A stretch of 64,000 bases of DNA from Patescibacteria group bacterium (GTDB taxonomy: Bacteria; Patescibacteriota; Dojkabacteria; J137): contig CAUJCN010000002.1 of assembly GCA_963169855.1 (NCBI GenBank), positions 69,508 through 133,507 of the forward strand. The letters are read 5' to 3'. Below the pieces are notes generated by a model. That model did no database searches. It saw only the letters and a program-made list of their open reading frames with translations, and was not told the origin of the DNA. This document shows positions 1 through 10,412 of the stretch, piece by piece. The translations under genes were made by a program, and so were the position numbers. Each line of letters begins with the position of its first letter. The first letter of the stretch is position 1.

Positions 1-120
1 TAATTTTAGAAGAAGGGATTCAATTCTACTTTGGAGATACTCAAATCTGCTATCGTTTATTCCTGGTATTAATTCTGTTGTTTCTCTATATTCCACATGT
101 GCATTTTAGCACAGAAAGGA

Positions 121-873
121 CTATTCAGTCTTGAGAGGAGTTCTTGCATACAAAAAGAAGAACTTTAAAAGTAAACTGATTATTAAGAAGAAAATAACTG
201 CGAAGATCGCGATATCTTCAGGATTTCTAATCCAAATTCCTACTGCTGCCCAAACAATTACAAGATAATATGCCTTATCTTTAAATCTACTCAGCATATA
301 CCAACCTAGTAAAGTCGCTACTATAAGCATTGCAGTTGTCCAACTGTGTTGAGAAATTCCAAATCCATCCCACTGAAAAGTATTTAAAACAATAGCGACA
401 TTAGCTATGGTAGCTACAGAAATCCAACCTAAATATACAGAAAAAACGAGTTTAATTACCCTAGAAACAGTCGAAAGTATAAAAAATTTGTATAGATACC
501 CTAAGCTGATCAAAAGTAACACCATAGGGATTATACTCACTTTGATATATTCGTAATGCCAAGTCACTAGCCAAATACAATTTAAAGCTGCTGCAGAAGT
601 ATAAAGTAGTAACGATTTATCAATAATTTCTTTATTCTTTGCATAAGTTAACACCGACCAAATTGCGAAGATTCCAAGCAGTACGTAAATTAAACCCCAA
701 ATTGAGAAGATAATCCCAGCAGGTGTAAACATTGTTGAATACTTATCCGAAATCGTATTTGTATAAATGTTGTTTAATGGCAAATACGAAGCTAGAAGAT
801 TGAATCCTATAACAAATACGGTTGATAGTACTATGAAAATTGGAACTATATTATTCTGAATCTTTTTGAACAT
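121..873 (-). CDS. polytopic membrane protein, Trp-rich (possible TspO/MBR-like); function unknown
   Basis: 250-aa ORF with multiple hydrophobic helices and many Trp residues; no catalytic motif recognised. Confidence 0.35.
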   Translation of the reverse strand: MFKKIQNNIVPIFIVLSTVFVIGFNLLASYLPLNNIYTNTISDKYSTMFTPAGIIFSIWGLIYVLLGIFAIWSVLTYAKNKEIIDKSLLLYTSAAALNCIWLVTWHYEYIKVSIIPMVLLLISLGYLYKFFILSTVSRVIKLVFSVYLGWISVATIANVAIVLNTFQWDGFGISQHSWTTAMLIVATLLGWYMLSRFKDKAYYLVIVWAAVGIWIRNPEDIAIFAVIFFLIISLLLKFFFLYARTPLKTE

Positions 874-911
874 AAAACTATACTAAATATCTTATTATAT
901 ATAGAATCCAA

Positions 912-958
912 ATAATAAGAAACCCCCCTACGTAGCCTTGGCGGTTAGCAAGGGGGTT
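912..958 (-). terminator. rho-independent terminator downstream of the giant surface-protein gene
   Basis: 7-bp GC stem aaccccc/gggggtt (921-928 / 952-958); on the minus strand it is followed by a T-rich run. Confidence 0.45.
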
Positions 959-979
959 AATTCTTATATTAAACTATTA

Positions 980-3900
980 TTATTCGTCTCGTCTTCCAGC
1001 GTATAGATATACACCAGTTCCTCCTCCGATAACAATAATTATTAGTAATAGAATCCACCAGTTAAATCCATTTCCTCCGTTATCTTGAACCCCAAGAACG
1101 AAGTTGAAGTTTTCGACAGCGTCATCAGTAATGCTAACTTCTTTATCAGAAGCTCCTAATACCGAGAAGTTGTCTGGAATATCATTTCTATCGATTCTGA
1201 TATTGTAATTTCCAGGACAAATTTCGAATTCATAAGATCCGTCTGCAGCAGTAGTTTCCTCTGCAACAATTACTTCATCTCCGTTTTCGATATAGTAAAC
1301 CTGAACTAGAACTCCAGCAATTCCTTGCTCTCCAGATTCCTGAGTATTGTTTTTATTAATATCATCGAATACTGATCCAGATAGTGTGAATCTTTCGTCA
1401 CAAGTCTGAACTCCGCTTCCTAAGATATCTTGTTCATCATCCTCTTCTTCAGAAGGTTCTGGTGTCTGAGGTCCGCTGTTTCCAACTCCTAGAACAGATC
1501 CTACAATCACTGGAACTGAAGCAACTGCTACATCAGCATCGCTATCAGAAACTGTTACAGTACATACATAGTTTCCAGCAGTTAAATTCATTGCGTTAGA
1601 TACAAAGATTGATGATCCAGTATTTACTACAGATCCTGCACATACGCCTCCAAACGTGAAGTTGTAGTTTGGATTTCCTAAGTTGTTTAGACTTGCTGTA
1701 ATTGTAAAGCTACTTCCAGCTGTTACGTTTACTGTTCCAGAATTATTAGTTGCTGGAGAGTTTCCAAATAATACTACTGTTGGTAGCAAATCTGTTATAA
1801 CCGCAGGATTAACAACTACAGTCTTTTCTGCAGTCGCTGTATCTCCATCAAAGTCTTCAACAGTTACTTTACATGTGTATGAACCTGGAGTTGCTGGTGT
1901 AACAACAAACTCAGCATTTCCTGTACATCCTGCAAAGTTTCCATCAGCCCAAGTGTAAGTAAATGGTGCGTTTCCTCCTAATACATTAGCGTCCATTGTG
2001 ATCGCTTCTAGAGTTGTTGAGTCTCCAGGTGTAGTAGCAATTGACACCGAAGGTGCATTGTTTGTTACTGTAACTGTTACAGAATCACATCCGCACATTC
2101 CCTCGCCGTTTCCTGTTGCATAGAATTCAACAACTTCTTCATAATCCTCTGTTAATAGATCATAAACTGGCTCTTCTTCTTCGATTTCACACATAACTGG
2201 GTGACACCAGTCTCCTTCCCATCCATAATCAACAAAGTCAGCTAATGCCGCAAATGATGCTACCTTAGCATACTTATAGAATGATTCGCTTTCACAAACC
2301 ATTAGAGTAACTTCGTATTCTCCTTCATGAGTGTAAGTATGACTTGGAATTGTAATGTTTCCAGGTGTTGATTGAGAGAATGTTGTGCTTGATCCGTCTC
2401 CGTAATCAACTACAATTACCCAATCAGAATCGTCAGGAGTTTCTCTGTTATCGCAGTAAACCTCTGATTCAGAAATGCTAAGCAATGTGAATCCTTCTTC
2501 GTATTCTGTCTCGCTCTCACCTTCTATACAACTTGGATCTGAGAACCAACCTGTAAATATTGCTTCTTCACCTTCTGTTATAGTTTGATCACTTTCAATA
2601 TCTACAGATGGAATTACATTTTCAATATAGTAATTTACTGAATATATTTCACTTTCATTTCCTGCTTCATCTACAACATAATAAGAAACTTCGTAAGCTC
2701 CTTCGTGAAGGAATGAAGTATCCCAATGTGTAATTCCAGCATCAGCTAACAATTGAGCAATATCCCATGTATATTCTGTGTTTTCAACTAATGAATCAGC
2801 GTAACATCCTAAGTCAGTCTCTCCTATTGGTGACCAAGTCAGATAGAAGCAAACTTCAGCGATATCAAAATTATCGTTTGCAGTCAGATCCCATAGTGTT
2901 GGAATTGAATCGCCTTCGTAGAATGTTGCATCTTGCAACTGATTTTCTTCAGCAACAGTAGGAGCTGTTGTGTCGATTATAAATGGTCCGTAGTGAGCTG
3001 TACTTGTCCAGTTTCCAACGTTGTCCACTGTGCTTAAATTGAACCACCAAACTCCGTCAGCTAAAGGTGTACTTGTAGCTTCGTTATCAGTTTCTTCCAA
3101 ATCCTTTACTTGATCTGGTGTAGAAGGTGCAGGTGTAAAATCGTATGAATATCCATCAACTCCTGATTTATTATCAACGCCTCCGTTTAACCATGATACC
3201 CAAACAGTATTATCGTTTGAAGGTGTGTTAATTGCAGGATCAGATGTAAATCCTGACGGATCTGCTGAAGGAATCTGAGAATCAACTCTTAAATTGTAGA
3301 TTACATTACTTTCTTCCCAGTGACCTGCAGAGTCTTTGACTCTCATTTGGAAATCATAAACAGAATTGTGTGTTAATCCTGAAAGATTTACTACACAAGT
3401 TGCGTCTAATCCAACTGGTGTTAATACTCCGTTAATCCAGCCTGACCATAGTAATCTCTTGTATCTAGCCTGACATTCTGTGATAGGACTTACAGTATCG
3501 GAAACTGTAGATGTTAAAGTAGGCGAACCATTCGTGTAGTTTCCCGAAACCGGAGTTACATTAAATGTATTAAAATCTGGATCTCTACTATCAGCAATTC
3601 TTTCGATAAATTCTCCATATCCGATGTTTCCAACATTGTCCTCAACTCTTACATTAATTTCTAATTCATCTCCATCAGTTTCGAATAAACTTCCAGATAC
3701 GCATCTTCCGAATAAGTATAACCCTGGAGTCCAATCTGAGCTTTCTGGGTTTGATACGTTGAAGTTTGTAGTTACTGCACAAGTGAATGGATTAATTCCC
3801 GCAACTGCATCAGAAACGTTTGCTCTGATTAAGAATGCGATTCCATTAACGTATGGGTCATAATCTGCAACAACCTCGATAGGTCCAACTGTAGGAGCTG

Positions 3901-5923
3901 TGTTATCTACAACAATTGTTCTTGAAGTAGCTTTTGTGTTTCCAGCTTCGTCTGTAGCAGCAGTTCTTAAAGTATAAGTTCCATCTGCTAATGTAGTTGT
4001 ATCAATATCACAATTGAATGTGAATGATGTTCCCCCGATTGATGAGTCTGCAGGAGTTGATCCGCAAGGCATTAAGAAAACAGTATTAGTATCGTTGTAA
4101 ACATTTACAGCAACTCTTTTCAACATCATATTATCTGTAGCGTGAACTTCAACGTTGTACGTTCCACCAACAATCATTCCATCTGAAGAAGGATCTACAA
4201 ATGAAATTCCTGGCTTAGTATTATCAACAAAGAATGTGTTTGTATCCATGCCCCAGGCGATGTCTTCGTCTAGAAACTGAGCTGAGAATACATACATTCC
4301 ATCTGGGTTTGTAGTTGTATCATAAGCACAAGTTACATCAAGTGAATCTCCTAAAAGATCTGCTCCTGGTGCTTCCTGACAATTTCCTACCAAGTTAGCA
4401 GGTCCGCTTTCGAATGCATCTTTCCAGAATCTTAAGTAGTAGCTGCCCATTCCAGAGTCATCGGTTGCTAAAGCTCTTCCTGTGATCGATCCTCTAACAT
4501 AAGAGTTTTCTACAGGTGTAACGATTGTTACAGATGGAGCTTCGTTAGGGATAACTGGGTCCTGTTCGAAGTCGTAAGTAATGTGATTAATCTGAACTTT
4601 GTCTACAACGATGTTCCATGAAGGATTCCAGTTTCCTAATCCAACACTTACAGCTCTTACAACTGCTGAAGGTGTAACACCAGGAATTGAGCTTAGAGGT
4701 TGATTTGAGTCATATCCTCCAGCTGGGTTCCATGAACCCCAGAATAAACCTCCATCAACATCCCATGTCTGCCATACATTATCTAAAACTGTTTCGTTGT
4801 AATAAGGTTCGTAAACAATATATTGATCAATAGATCCGTTTCCTTCATTGTCGATTCCTAATCTGAATGCTGCTCCAGCAAATTCAGGACCAGATACTTT
4901 CTTAGCGTCGAAACTTAAATTTGTAATTTCGCTTAGAGGAATTTCTACCGATAAAGTAGTTCTGCTTCTAGAAGCTGTAGTTTCGTCTGTAATTAGTTCT
5001 AATGCTCCAACCGGTAATGGTGAATCTGGTTGAGAAATGAAATTCACTTGAGCTCCACTTTCTGCAACAACAGACCATCCCTGCATTTCTGAAGGTCTAA
5101 CAATGTATGTTACTGGATCAGGAGTAGTTGGATTCGAGTAAGTAATAGAACATTCTGCTGACCATCCACTAACGTAAGGTGCAGTTGCTCTAACTTTAAA
5201 TGTATACGTTCCTTCACCTTCTGTGAATGCTCCAACGTAAGAATTTGTTCCTACTGTTGTTGTCCATTCTGGGAGACCAGGTGTTGTAACATGATATTCA
5301 TATTGAGTAGCTCCATCAAATGCATCCCATTGAGCTGTAACATCATAACTTTCTGTTGTAGATCCACAGGCTAATGTTTCTGGAGTTGGGATTTCCCATC
5401 TTAGATTCTGAGGAACACCCTGACAAGCAAATGAATTTAGGCTTGTAACAATATTATAATTTAGAGTATCTAAATTACCGATTGGAGTCATAGTTGCATC
5501 AACAACTCTAACTTCCCATCCTGCTAAACCTGCTGGACTATCTCCGCTGTTATCTAAGAAGATATTTGCGTTGATTCCTGATACATTAAGAGTTCCTAGA
5601 GTTGCAAGGTTGAACCAAGAACTGAATGAACCACCGTTAATAAAGTATCTTCCCTCTAAAGTATATTCGTCGTACCAATTTTGTACGCTTACTTCAAGAC
5701 CATCATTTGCAATCGCAGAACCGATTCCGCAAGCATTTCCTCCCACAAGCTGAGATGTAGATTCAACAATATCTACAACTGGTGCTGCAACAGGAAAACT
5801 TACTGGTAGTGGTTCAGCCTTTACATAGCTAATGAAAACCATTGGGTTAATCTGAAGTAAAAGTAGGGATGCGAGAACGGTAGATATGATTACACGCCTC
5901 AATCTAGTGGATTGAAAATTCAT
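980..5923 (-). CDS. giant multi-domain surface protein (adhesin-like) with N-terminal signal peptide and C-terminal TM anchor
   Basis: ORF 980..5992. Likely start at Met24 (5923) giving signal peptide MNFQSTRLRRVIISTVLASLLLLQ. Repeated Ig-like junctions (VDNTAPTV, IDTTAPTV, VDNTKPG), a PKD-like motif (VVDYGDGSS...HTYTHEGEYEV), a Cna-B/SdrD-B-like C-terminal domain (SGSVFDDINKN...GNYNIRIDRNDIPDNF), an acidic linker and a C-terminal hydrophobic helix with RRDE tail. Confidence 0.8.
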   Translation of the reverse strand: MNFQSTRLRRVIISTVLASLLLLQINPMVFISYVKAEPLPVSFPVAAPVVDIVESTSQLVGGNACGIGSAIANDGLEVSVQNWYDEYTLEGRYFINGGSFSSWFNLATLGTLNVSGINANIFLDNSGDSPAGLAGWEVRVVDATMTPIGNLDTLNYNIVTSLNSFACQGVPQNLRWEIPTPETLACGSTTESYDVTAQWDAFDGATQYEYHVTTPGLPEWTTTVGTNSYVGAFTEGEGTYTFKVRATAPYVSGWSAECSITYSNPTTPDPVTYIVRPSEMQGWSVVAESGAQVNFISQPDSPLPVGALELITDETTASRSRTTLSVEIPLSEITNLSFDAKKVSGPEFAGAAFRLGIDNEGNGSIDQYIVYEPYYNETVLDNVWQTWDVDGGLFWGSWNPAGGYDSNQPLSSIPGVTPSAVVRAVSVGLGNWNPSWNIVVDKVQINHITYDFEQDPVIPNEAPSVTIVTPVENSYVRGSITGRALATDDSGMGSYYLRFWKDAFESGPANLVGNCQEAPGADLLGDSLDVTCAYDTTTNPDGMYVFSAQFLDEDIAWGMDTNTFFVDNTKPGISFVDPSSDGMIVGGTYNVEVHATDNMMLKRVAVNVYNDTNTVFLMPCGSTPADSSIGGTSFTFNCDIDTTTLADGTYTLRTAATDEAGNTKATSRTIVVDNTAPTVGPIEVVADYDPYVNGIAFLIRANVSDAVAGINPFTCAVTTNFNVSNPESSDWTPGLYLFGRCVSGSLFETDGDELEINVRVEDNVGNIGYGEFIERIADSRDPDFNTFNVTPVSGNYTNGSPTLTSTVSDTVSPITECQARYKRLLWSGWINGVLTPVGLDATCVVNLSGLTHNSVYDFQMRVKDSAGHWEESNVIYNLRVDSQIPSADPSGFTSDPAINTPSNDNTVWVSWLNGGVDNKSGVDGYSYDFTPAPSTPDQVKDLEETDNEATSTPLADGVWWFNLSTVDNVGNWTSTAHYGPFIIDTTAPTVAEENQLQDATFYEGDSIPTLWDLTANDNFDIAEVCFYLTWSPIGETDLGCYADSLVENTEYTWDIAQLLADAGITHWDTSFLHEGAYEVSYYVVDEAGNESEIYSVNYYIENVIPSVDIESDQTITEGEEAIFTGWFSDPSCIEGESETEYEEGFTLLSISESEVYCDNRETPDDSDWVIVVDYGDGSSTTFSQSTPGNITIPSHTYTHEGEYEVTLMVCESESFYKYAKVASFAALADFVDYGWEGDWCHPVMCEIEEEEPVYDLLTEDYEEVVEFYATGNGEGMCGCDSVTVTVTNNAPSVSIATTPGDSTTLEAITMDANVLGGNAPFTYTWADGNFAGCTGNAEFVVTPATPGSYTCKVTVEDFDGDTATAEKTVVVNPAVITDLLPTVVLFGNSPATNNSGTVNVTAGSSFTITASLNNLGNPNYNFTFGGVCAGSVVNTGSSIFVSNAMNLTAGNYVCTVTVSDSDADVAVASVPVIVGSVLGVGNSGPQTPEPSEEEDDEQDILGSGVQTCDERFTLSGSVFDDINKNNTQESGEQGIAGVLVQVYYIENGDEVIVAEETTAADGSYEFEICPGNYNIRIDRNDIPDNFSVLGASDKEVSITDDAVENFNFVLGVQDNGGNGFNWWILLLIIIVIGGGTGVYLYAGRRDE

Positions 5924-6339
5924 ATAAATGAATATAAAAATTACACAGTAAAATAATTCAATTATAGCATCAAGATTTTTTTTTGCAGGCAAAATACACT
6001 ATAGGAAAAAAGTCTATATATGAATGAGCTTTGCTATTCTGTTTCTAATCGTGTAAACCTAGCAATTTGTTTTCCATTAACTGTTAGTTTCTCTAAAAAG
6101 TTTTCGATAGTTCTAACGAAGTTCACTCCTTCAAATTCTACGTAATCTGGAGAATAGACTACCCCAACTTCTTCTGTAGATTCAATAATTACGATATCAC
6201 TTATTGTATAGGTCTTCTCAACGCTTTTATAGTGAACATATTTATCACCTATATTGATAAGCTTTTTTGCATCTGCAATTTTAAGTTTTCTTCAGGTGAG
6301 TGCATACGGTTTAAAGTCGTTATAAAATAATAGTAATTA

Positions 6340-6771
6340 TTGCAGAAAAATATGCCACAAGCAAAATTAAAAACTCAAACAACTTCAGATGACCCAATAA
6401 AATTCATTGACTCTGTTGAGGATTTAGAGAAAAAAGAGATGAGCAAAATGATTTTAAAAATGATGGAAAGAGCTACTAAATCTAAGGCGAAGATGTGGGG
6501 AGAAACTATAGTTGGGTTTGGTGATGTCCATCTAAAGTATGAAAGCGGGAGAGAACTTGATTGGTTTAAAATGGGATTCTCACCAAGAAAAGGGCAAATG
6601 ACTTTGTACATCTTGAATGGATCTAATGAACAGAAAAAGCATTTGGACAAACTGGGTAAGTTTACAACTGGAAAAGGTTGTCTTTACATTAAGAAACTTG
6701 AAGATATAAATGTTGATGTTCTAGAAGATCTGATCAACGTTTCCGCAGATAAGGCTTACGGTCAGCAATAA
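6340..6771 (+). CDS. DUF1801 (YdhG-like) family protein
   Basis: 143 aa; WGETIVGFG...YESGRELDWFKMGFSPRKGQMTLYIL matches the DUF1801 signature as I recall it. Confidence 0.55.
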   Translation: MQKNMPQAKLKTQTTSDDPIKFIDSVEDLEKKEMSKMILKMMERATKSKAKMWGETIVGFGDVHLKYESGRELDWFKMGFSPRKGQMTLYILNGSNEQKKHLDKLGKFTTGKGCLYIKKLEDINVDVLEDLINVSADKAYGQQ

Positions 6772-6846
6772 AACGATTTAATACATGTCTTGGTGAGGCT
6801 CTCGAACCACACATGTATTTACTACAAATACACAGTAAATCACTAG

Positions 6847-6866
6847 ATTCCTGCATACGCAGGAAT
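6847..6866. terminator. bidirectional hairpin between convergent genes
   Basis: perfect inverted repeat attcctgc-atac-gcaggaat between the DUF1801 stop (6771) and the ABC exporter stop (6898). Confidence 0.45.
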
Positions 6867-6897
6867 GACGTTGTTAGGTGAAATTGAGTGTTAGGTT

Positions 6898-8703
6898 CTA
6901 CGAGTTTTTCTTTGTTTGGTTGATCAGTTCCAATGCCTGTTTATAATTTACCGGTTCGCTGATTTCTCCGTTTGCGATAAAGAAGATTTCATCTGCTTTG
7001 CTGATTGTATTTAATCTATGAGCAATAATGATCTTTGTTGTTTGTTCTGGTAACTTATCAAGAATTTCTTGTAACAGAGCTTCTGTAACCGTATCGATGT
7101 TTGCTGTTGCTTCGTCTAAGATTAATAGTTCTGGCTCTCGTAAGATAACTCTCAAGAATGCAATTAGTTGTTTTTGACCTAACGAAACGCTATCACTTGC
7201 ATTAGCCACTTCTGTCCCTAATCCATTTGGGAATCTTTCAATTAAACCTTCTAATCCCTTTTCTTTAAGAAGTGTTGTTAGTTTCTCTTCATCATATCCC
7301 TGGTACTTATCGTTTGAATAAAGAATATTATCCATGATTGTTCCCTGGAATAAGAATGGTTCTTGTAAAATGAATCCAACTTTTTTAGCCAATGACTCTT
7401 TATCGTAACTTTTGATATTCTTTCCATTCAAAAGAATTTCTCCTTCAACTGGATCGTATAATCTAGAAACCAATGCTGCCGTTGTGCTTTTTCCTCCTCC
7501 TGTTGGTCCAACAAGAGCATAAATTTTTCCCCTTTGTAGTTCTAAGTTCTCTTTCTTTAATATCATTTGTTCCGGATTGTACCCAAAACTAACATCTTTA
7601 AACTGTATTATTGGAGCCGATTTATCTTCATTTCTTGAATCTTCGATTACAGTTAAATTACTTTCTAGTTTCAATAAGTGAGAAATTCTTGCCCAGGCAG
7701 CTAAAGAAACTTGAATTGATGAAAAAAGTTGAGCCATAATTCTGAGTGGAGAATAGAATCTGTCAACGTATAGTGCGTAACTAACAAGTGTTCCGAACTC
7801 TAAAGCGCTAGTGAAGCTAATTCCTAAGAAGGAGAACACTCCGGTTAAAATCAAATTAATTCCTACGAAGTAAACTGAGAATAAAGCTAGGTTTCCAGCC
7901 ATATCGTAAATCGGAGTAAGAATATTATTTAAAATCCCAGCTTTTGTGTTAGCTTGTTTGTTTTCTTCGTTTACGTCTTTGAAGGATTCCCGGAAGTAAT
8001 CTTTTCTATTGAATGCTACTACAACTTTATAATTTGTTAAGCTCTCTTGAATTTCTGCTGATAGATTTCCAGTAGACTTCAAAGCCGATTTATTTGCTCT
8101 ATTAAGCATTCCACCTACAAAAGTAGTAATTACAAAAAGAATAATTGAAAAAGATAGACTGAAAATTCCTAGAATTGGATTAATTACTAACATTGCTCCT
8201 GCAACTCCGATCATCACAAATACATTTCCTATAAATCTCAAAAGAGTTTCTGAGAATGCCTGATTTAGCTTATCTGTATCGCTATTAATTCTGGAAATCA
8301 AATCCCCTGATTTATTTTCATTAAAGAATGCCAATGGTAGTGATTGAATTTTTTCGAAGATTTTTGCTCTAAGTTTCGCCAGTAGTTCTTGACCGATGAA
8401 TCCCATCAAAAGAATTTGAAAGTAACTAGCAATACTTGCTCCAATAAATAAAACCAGTATTCCAATAACTGCCTGTAAAAGTGCGTCCTTATCTCTATTT
8501 GCTAGAGCAGCTTGAGAAGCGTCTCCAATCATATTTGGAGTAACAATGTTAATTACAGAACCTAACAATACAAAGAATAGTGCAATTGCTGCGAGAAGAA
8601 GAATTCTTTTACCAAACCCTCCTGTAAACTGATTTAATTCTCTAACTAGAGTAATAAATGATACTCGCTTTTCGTTGTTTTCGTCGCTTAATTTGTAGTT
8701 CAT
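6898..8703 (-). CDS. ABC exporter subunit (fused TMD-NBD), heterodimer partner B
   Basis: 601 aa; six N-terminal TM helices; Walker A GPTGGGKST; signature degenerate (VSLGQKQ); Walker B LLILDEATANID. Confidence 0.85.
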   Translation of the reverse strand: MNYKLSDENNEKRVSFITLVRELNQFTGGFGKRILLLAAIALFFVLLGSVINIVTPNMIGDASQAALANRDKDALLQAVIGILVLFIGASIASYFQILLMGFIGQELLAKLRAKIFEKIQSLPLAFFNENKSGDLISRINSDTDKLNQAFSETLLRFIGNVFVMIGVAGAMLVINPILGIFSLSFSIILFVITTFVGGMLNRANKSALKSTGNLSAEIQESLTNYKVVVAFNRKDYFRESFKDVNEENKQANTKAGILNNILTPIYDMAGNLALFSVYFVGINLILTGVFSFLGISFTSALEFGTLVSYALYVDRFYSPLRIMAQLFSSIQVSLAAWARISHLLKLESNLTVIEDSRNEDKSAPIIQFKDVSFGYNPEQMILKKENLELQRGKIYALVGPTGGGKSTTAALVSRLYDPVEGEILLNGKNIKSYDKESLAKKVGFILQEPFLFQGTIMDNILYSNDKYQGYDEEKLTTLLKEKGLEGLIERFPNGLGTEVANASDSVSLGQKQLIAFLRVILREPELLILDEATANIDTVTEALLQEILDKLPEQTTKIIIAHRLNTISKADEIFFIANGEISEPVNYKQALELINQTKKNS

Positions 8704-10412
8704 TCTGTTGTTTGTTGAGAATTATAAATTTGTTGGTATTCAAAACTGTTCTTTAACAATTCTTCGTGCGTTCCTTTTGCAATAAGCTCTCCCTCCATAA
8801 TTAACAAAATCTGATCGTAATCTTTAATTGATTCAATCTTTTGAGTAATTGAAAGTAAAGTGATATCAGGATAATTTTTATCCAGGTTATCAATAATGTT
8901 CTTTTCTGTTTTGATATCGACTCTTGCTGTAAAGTCATCTAGCAATAGTACTTTTGGGTTAATAGATAGTGCTCTAGCGAGCGTTAGTCTTTGTTTCTGT
9001 CCACCAGATAATGATGAGCCTCTCTCAGTAATAATTGTTTCTTCTTTTTTATCTTGAGCCGCTACGAAGTCACTTAATTCTGCTGTACTAATTGCTTTGT
9101 TTAGATTCGATTCGTTAACTTCAGAATTAAATAGAATGTTCTCTTTAATTGTTGTATTGAAAATAACACTATCTTGGAAAACTAAAGCTACTTGTGAGTA
9201 AAAGTTTTCTATTTCGAATTCTTTAATATCAATTCCATCAATCGAAATCTTTCCTTCCGTTGCATCCTGCAGTCCTGCAATTATATTGAAAATTTGAGTT
9301 TTTCCTGCAGCTGTTGGTCCTACAATCGCATTCTTAGTGCCTGCTTTGATTTCGAAGGAAATATTATTTAAAATCTTCTTATTGTTAATCTCGTACGATA
9401 CATTCTCAAATTTAATTGCTCCTCTGATTTCAGCCTTTGTTTTTCCCAAGTCCTCTTTCTCTTTAGTATCTAACGTTTCTTTTATTCTTTTAATTGATGT
9501 GATAGATCTTCCAATTGTACTTGCAATGAATCCCATAAAGATTATTGGACCAATGAAAGTTCCTACGTAACTAAAGAAGGCTGTGTAGTCTCCAGGAGAC
9601 ATCCCTTGCCCACCTAGAGAGTTAATAAAATCAATTACCTGTTGACCTCCAAAATATACAACTGCAAGCAAAGCTAAGTTTGCAAGAATCGTAATTACTG
9701 GAATAAGTCCAGCGAATCCTTTTGTAATCTTCATTCCTACTTGTCTATTAAGCTCGTTTATATGAGAAAACTTTTCAATTTCTGTTCCACCGGCATTCAA
9801 AACTTTCGTTAAAGATGATCCTACAATGTTCTCGTTAATAACCAAGTTCATTTTGTCTAGATTCTTTTGAGCTTGTTCGAAGAATTTTCCAATAAAACTG
9901 AAAATCACTCCAAATGAAACCAACAGTAATGGAATCACAAGCATTACAATCAAACCTAGGTCTCTATTAATTGAAAGCATGGAGATTGAAGCTCCAATAA
10001 TCAATACTAATGAAGAGAAAACTGTAATAATGCTTTGATTGAAAAGCATTTTTACTGCATCTACATCGCTTGTAAGATTAGTTAGTAATTTTGAAGAAGT
10101 CAGTTCGTTAACACTCTTATATGATAAGAATGAAATTTTATTAATGATTCTTTTTCTAACATTCGCAGCAAAGTTCTCTGTAACTACATTAGACATTACT
10201 GTTATGACTACTGCAAAAATGAAAATGAGTGAAATCAATCCTACATATGTCAAAGCAAATTGATTTAAGTCTGATTCTCCGGTAAAAATCTTATTCAGCT
10301 CGACGGAAGCTACCCTTGGAAGAGCTAGTGCTAATAAGTTTTGACCTAATGAAAAGGCCAATACTATAATGATTCCAATGATTGTGGTTCTTTTAATAAT
10401 TCGATTATCCAT
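8700..10412 (-). CDS. ABC exporter subunit (fused TMD-NBD), heterodimer partner A
   Basis: 570 aa; Walker A GPTAAGKTQ; canonical signature LSGGQKQR; Walker B LLLDDF with Asp in place of the catalytic Glu; 4-bp ATGA overlap with the downstream partner. Confidence 0.85.
   Translation of the reverse strand: MDNRIIKRTTIIGIIIVLAFSLGQNLLALALPRVASVELNKIFTGESDLNQFALTYVGLISLIFIFAVVITVMSNVVTENFAANVRKRIINKISFLSYKSVNELTSSKLLTNLTSDVDAVKMLFNQSIITVFSSLVLIIGASISMLSINRDLGLIVMLVIPLLLVSFGVIFSFIGKFFEQAQKNLDKMNLVINENIVGSSLTKVLNAGGTEIEKFSHINELNRQVGMKITKGFAGLIPVITILANLALLAVVYFGGQQVIDFINSLGGQGMSPGDYTAFFSYVGTFIGPIIFMGFIASTIGRSITSIKRIKETLDTKEKEDLGKTKAEIRGAIKFENVSYEINNKKILNNISFEIKAGTKNAIVGPTAAGKTQIFNIIAGLQDATEGKISIDGIDIKEFEIENFYSQVALVFQDSVIFNTTIKENILFNSEVNESNLNKAISTAELSDFVAAQDKKEETIITERGSSLSGGQKQRLTLARALSINPKVLLLDDFTARVDIKTEKNIIDNLDKNYPDITLLSITQKIESIKDYDQILLIMEGELIAKGTHEELLKNSFEYQQIYNSQQTTE

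Noticed and set aside
1683-5753. Five short plus-strand ORFs (1683..1958, 2767..2961, 3624..3863, 4848..5033, 5571..5753) inside the giant minus-strand gene
   Set aside because: They lie entirely antisense to a 1650-aa gene with coherent domain structure, and their translations are low-complexity; treated as frame-shadow artefacts
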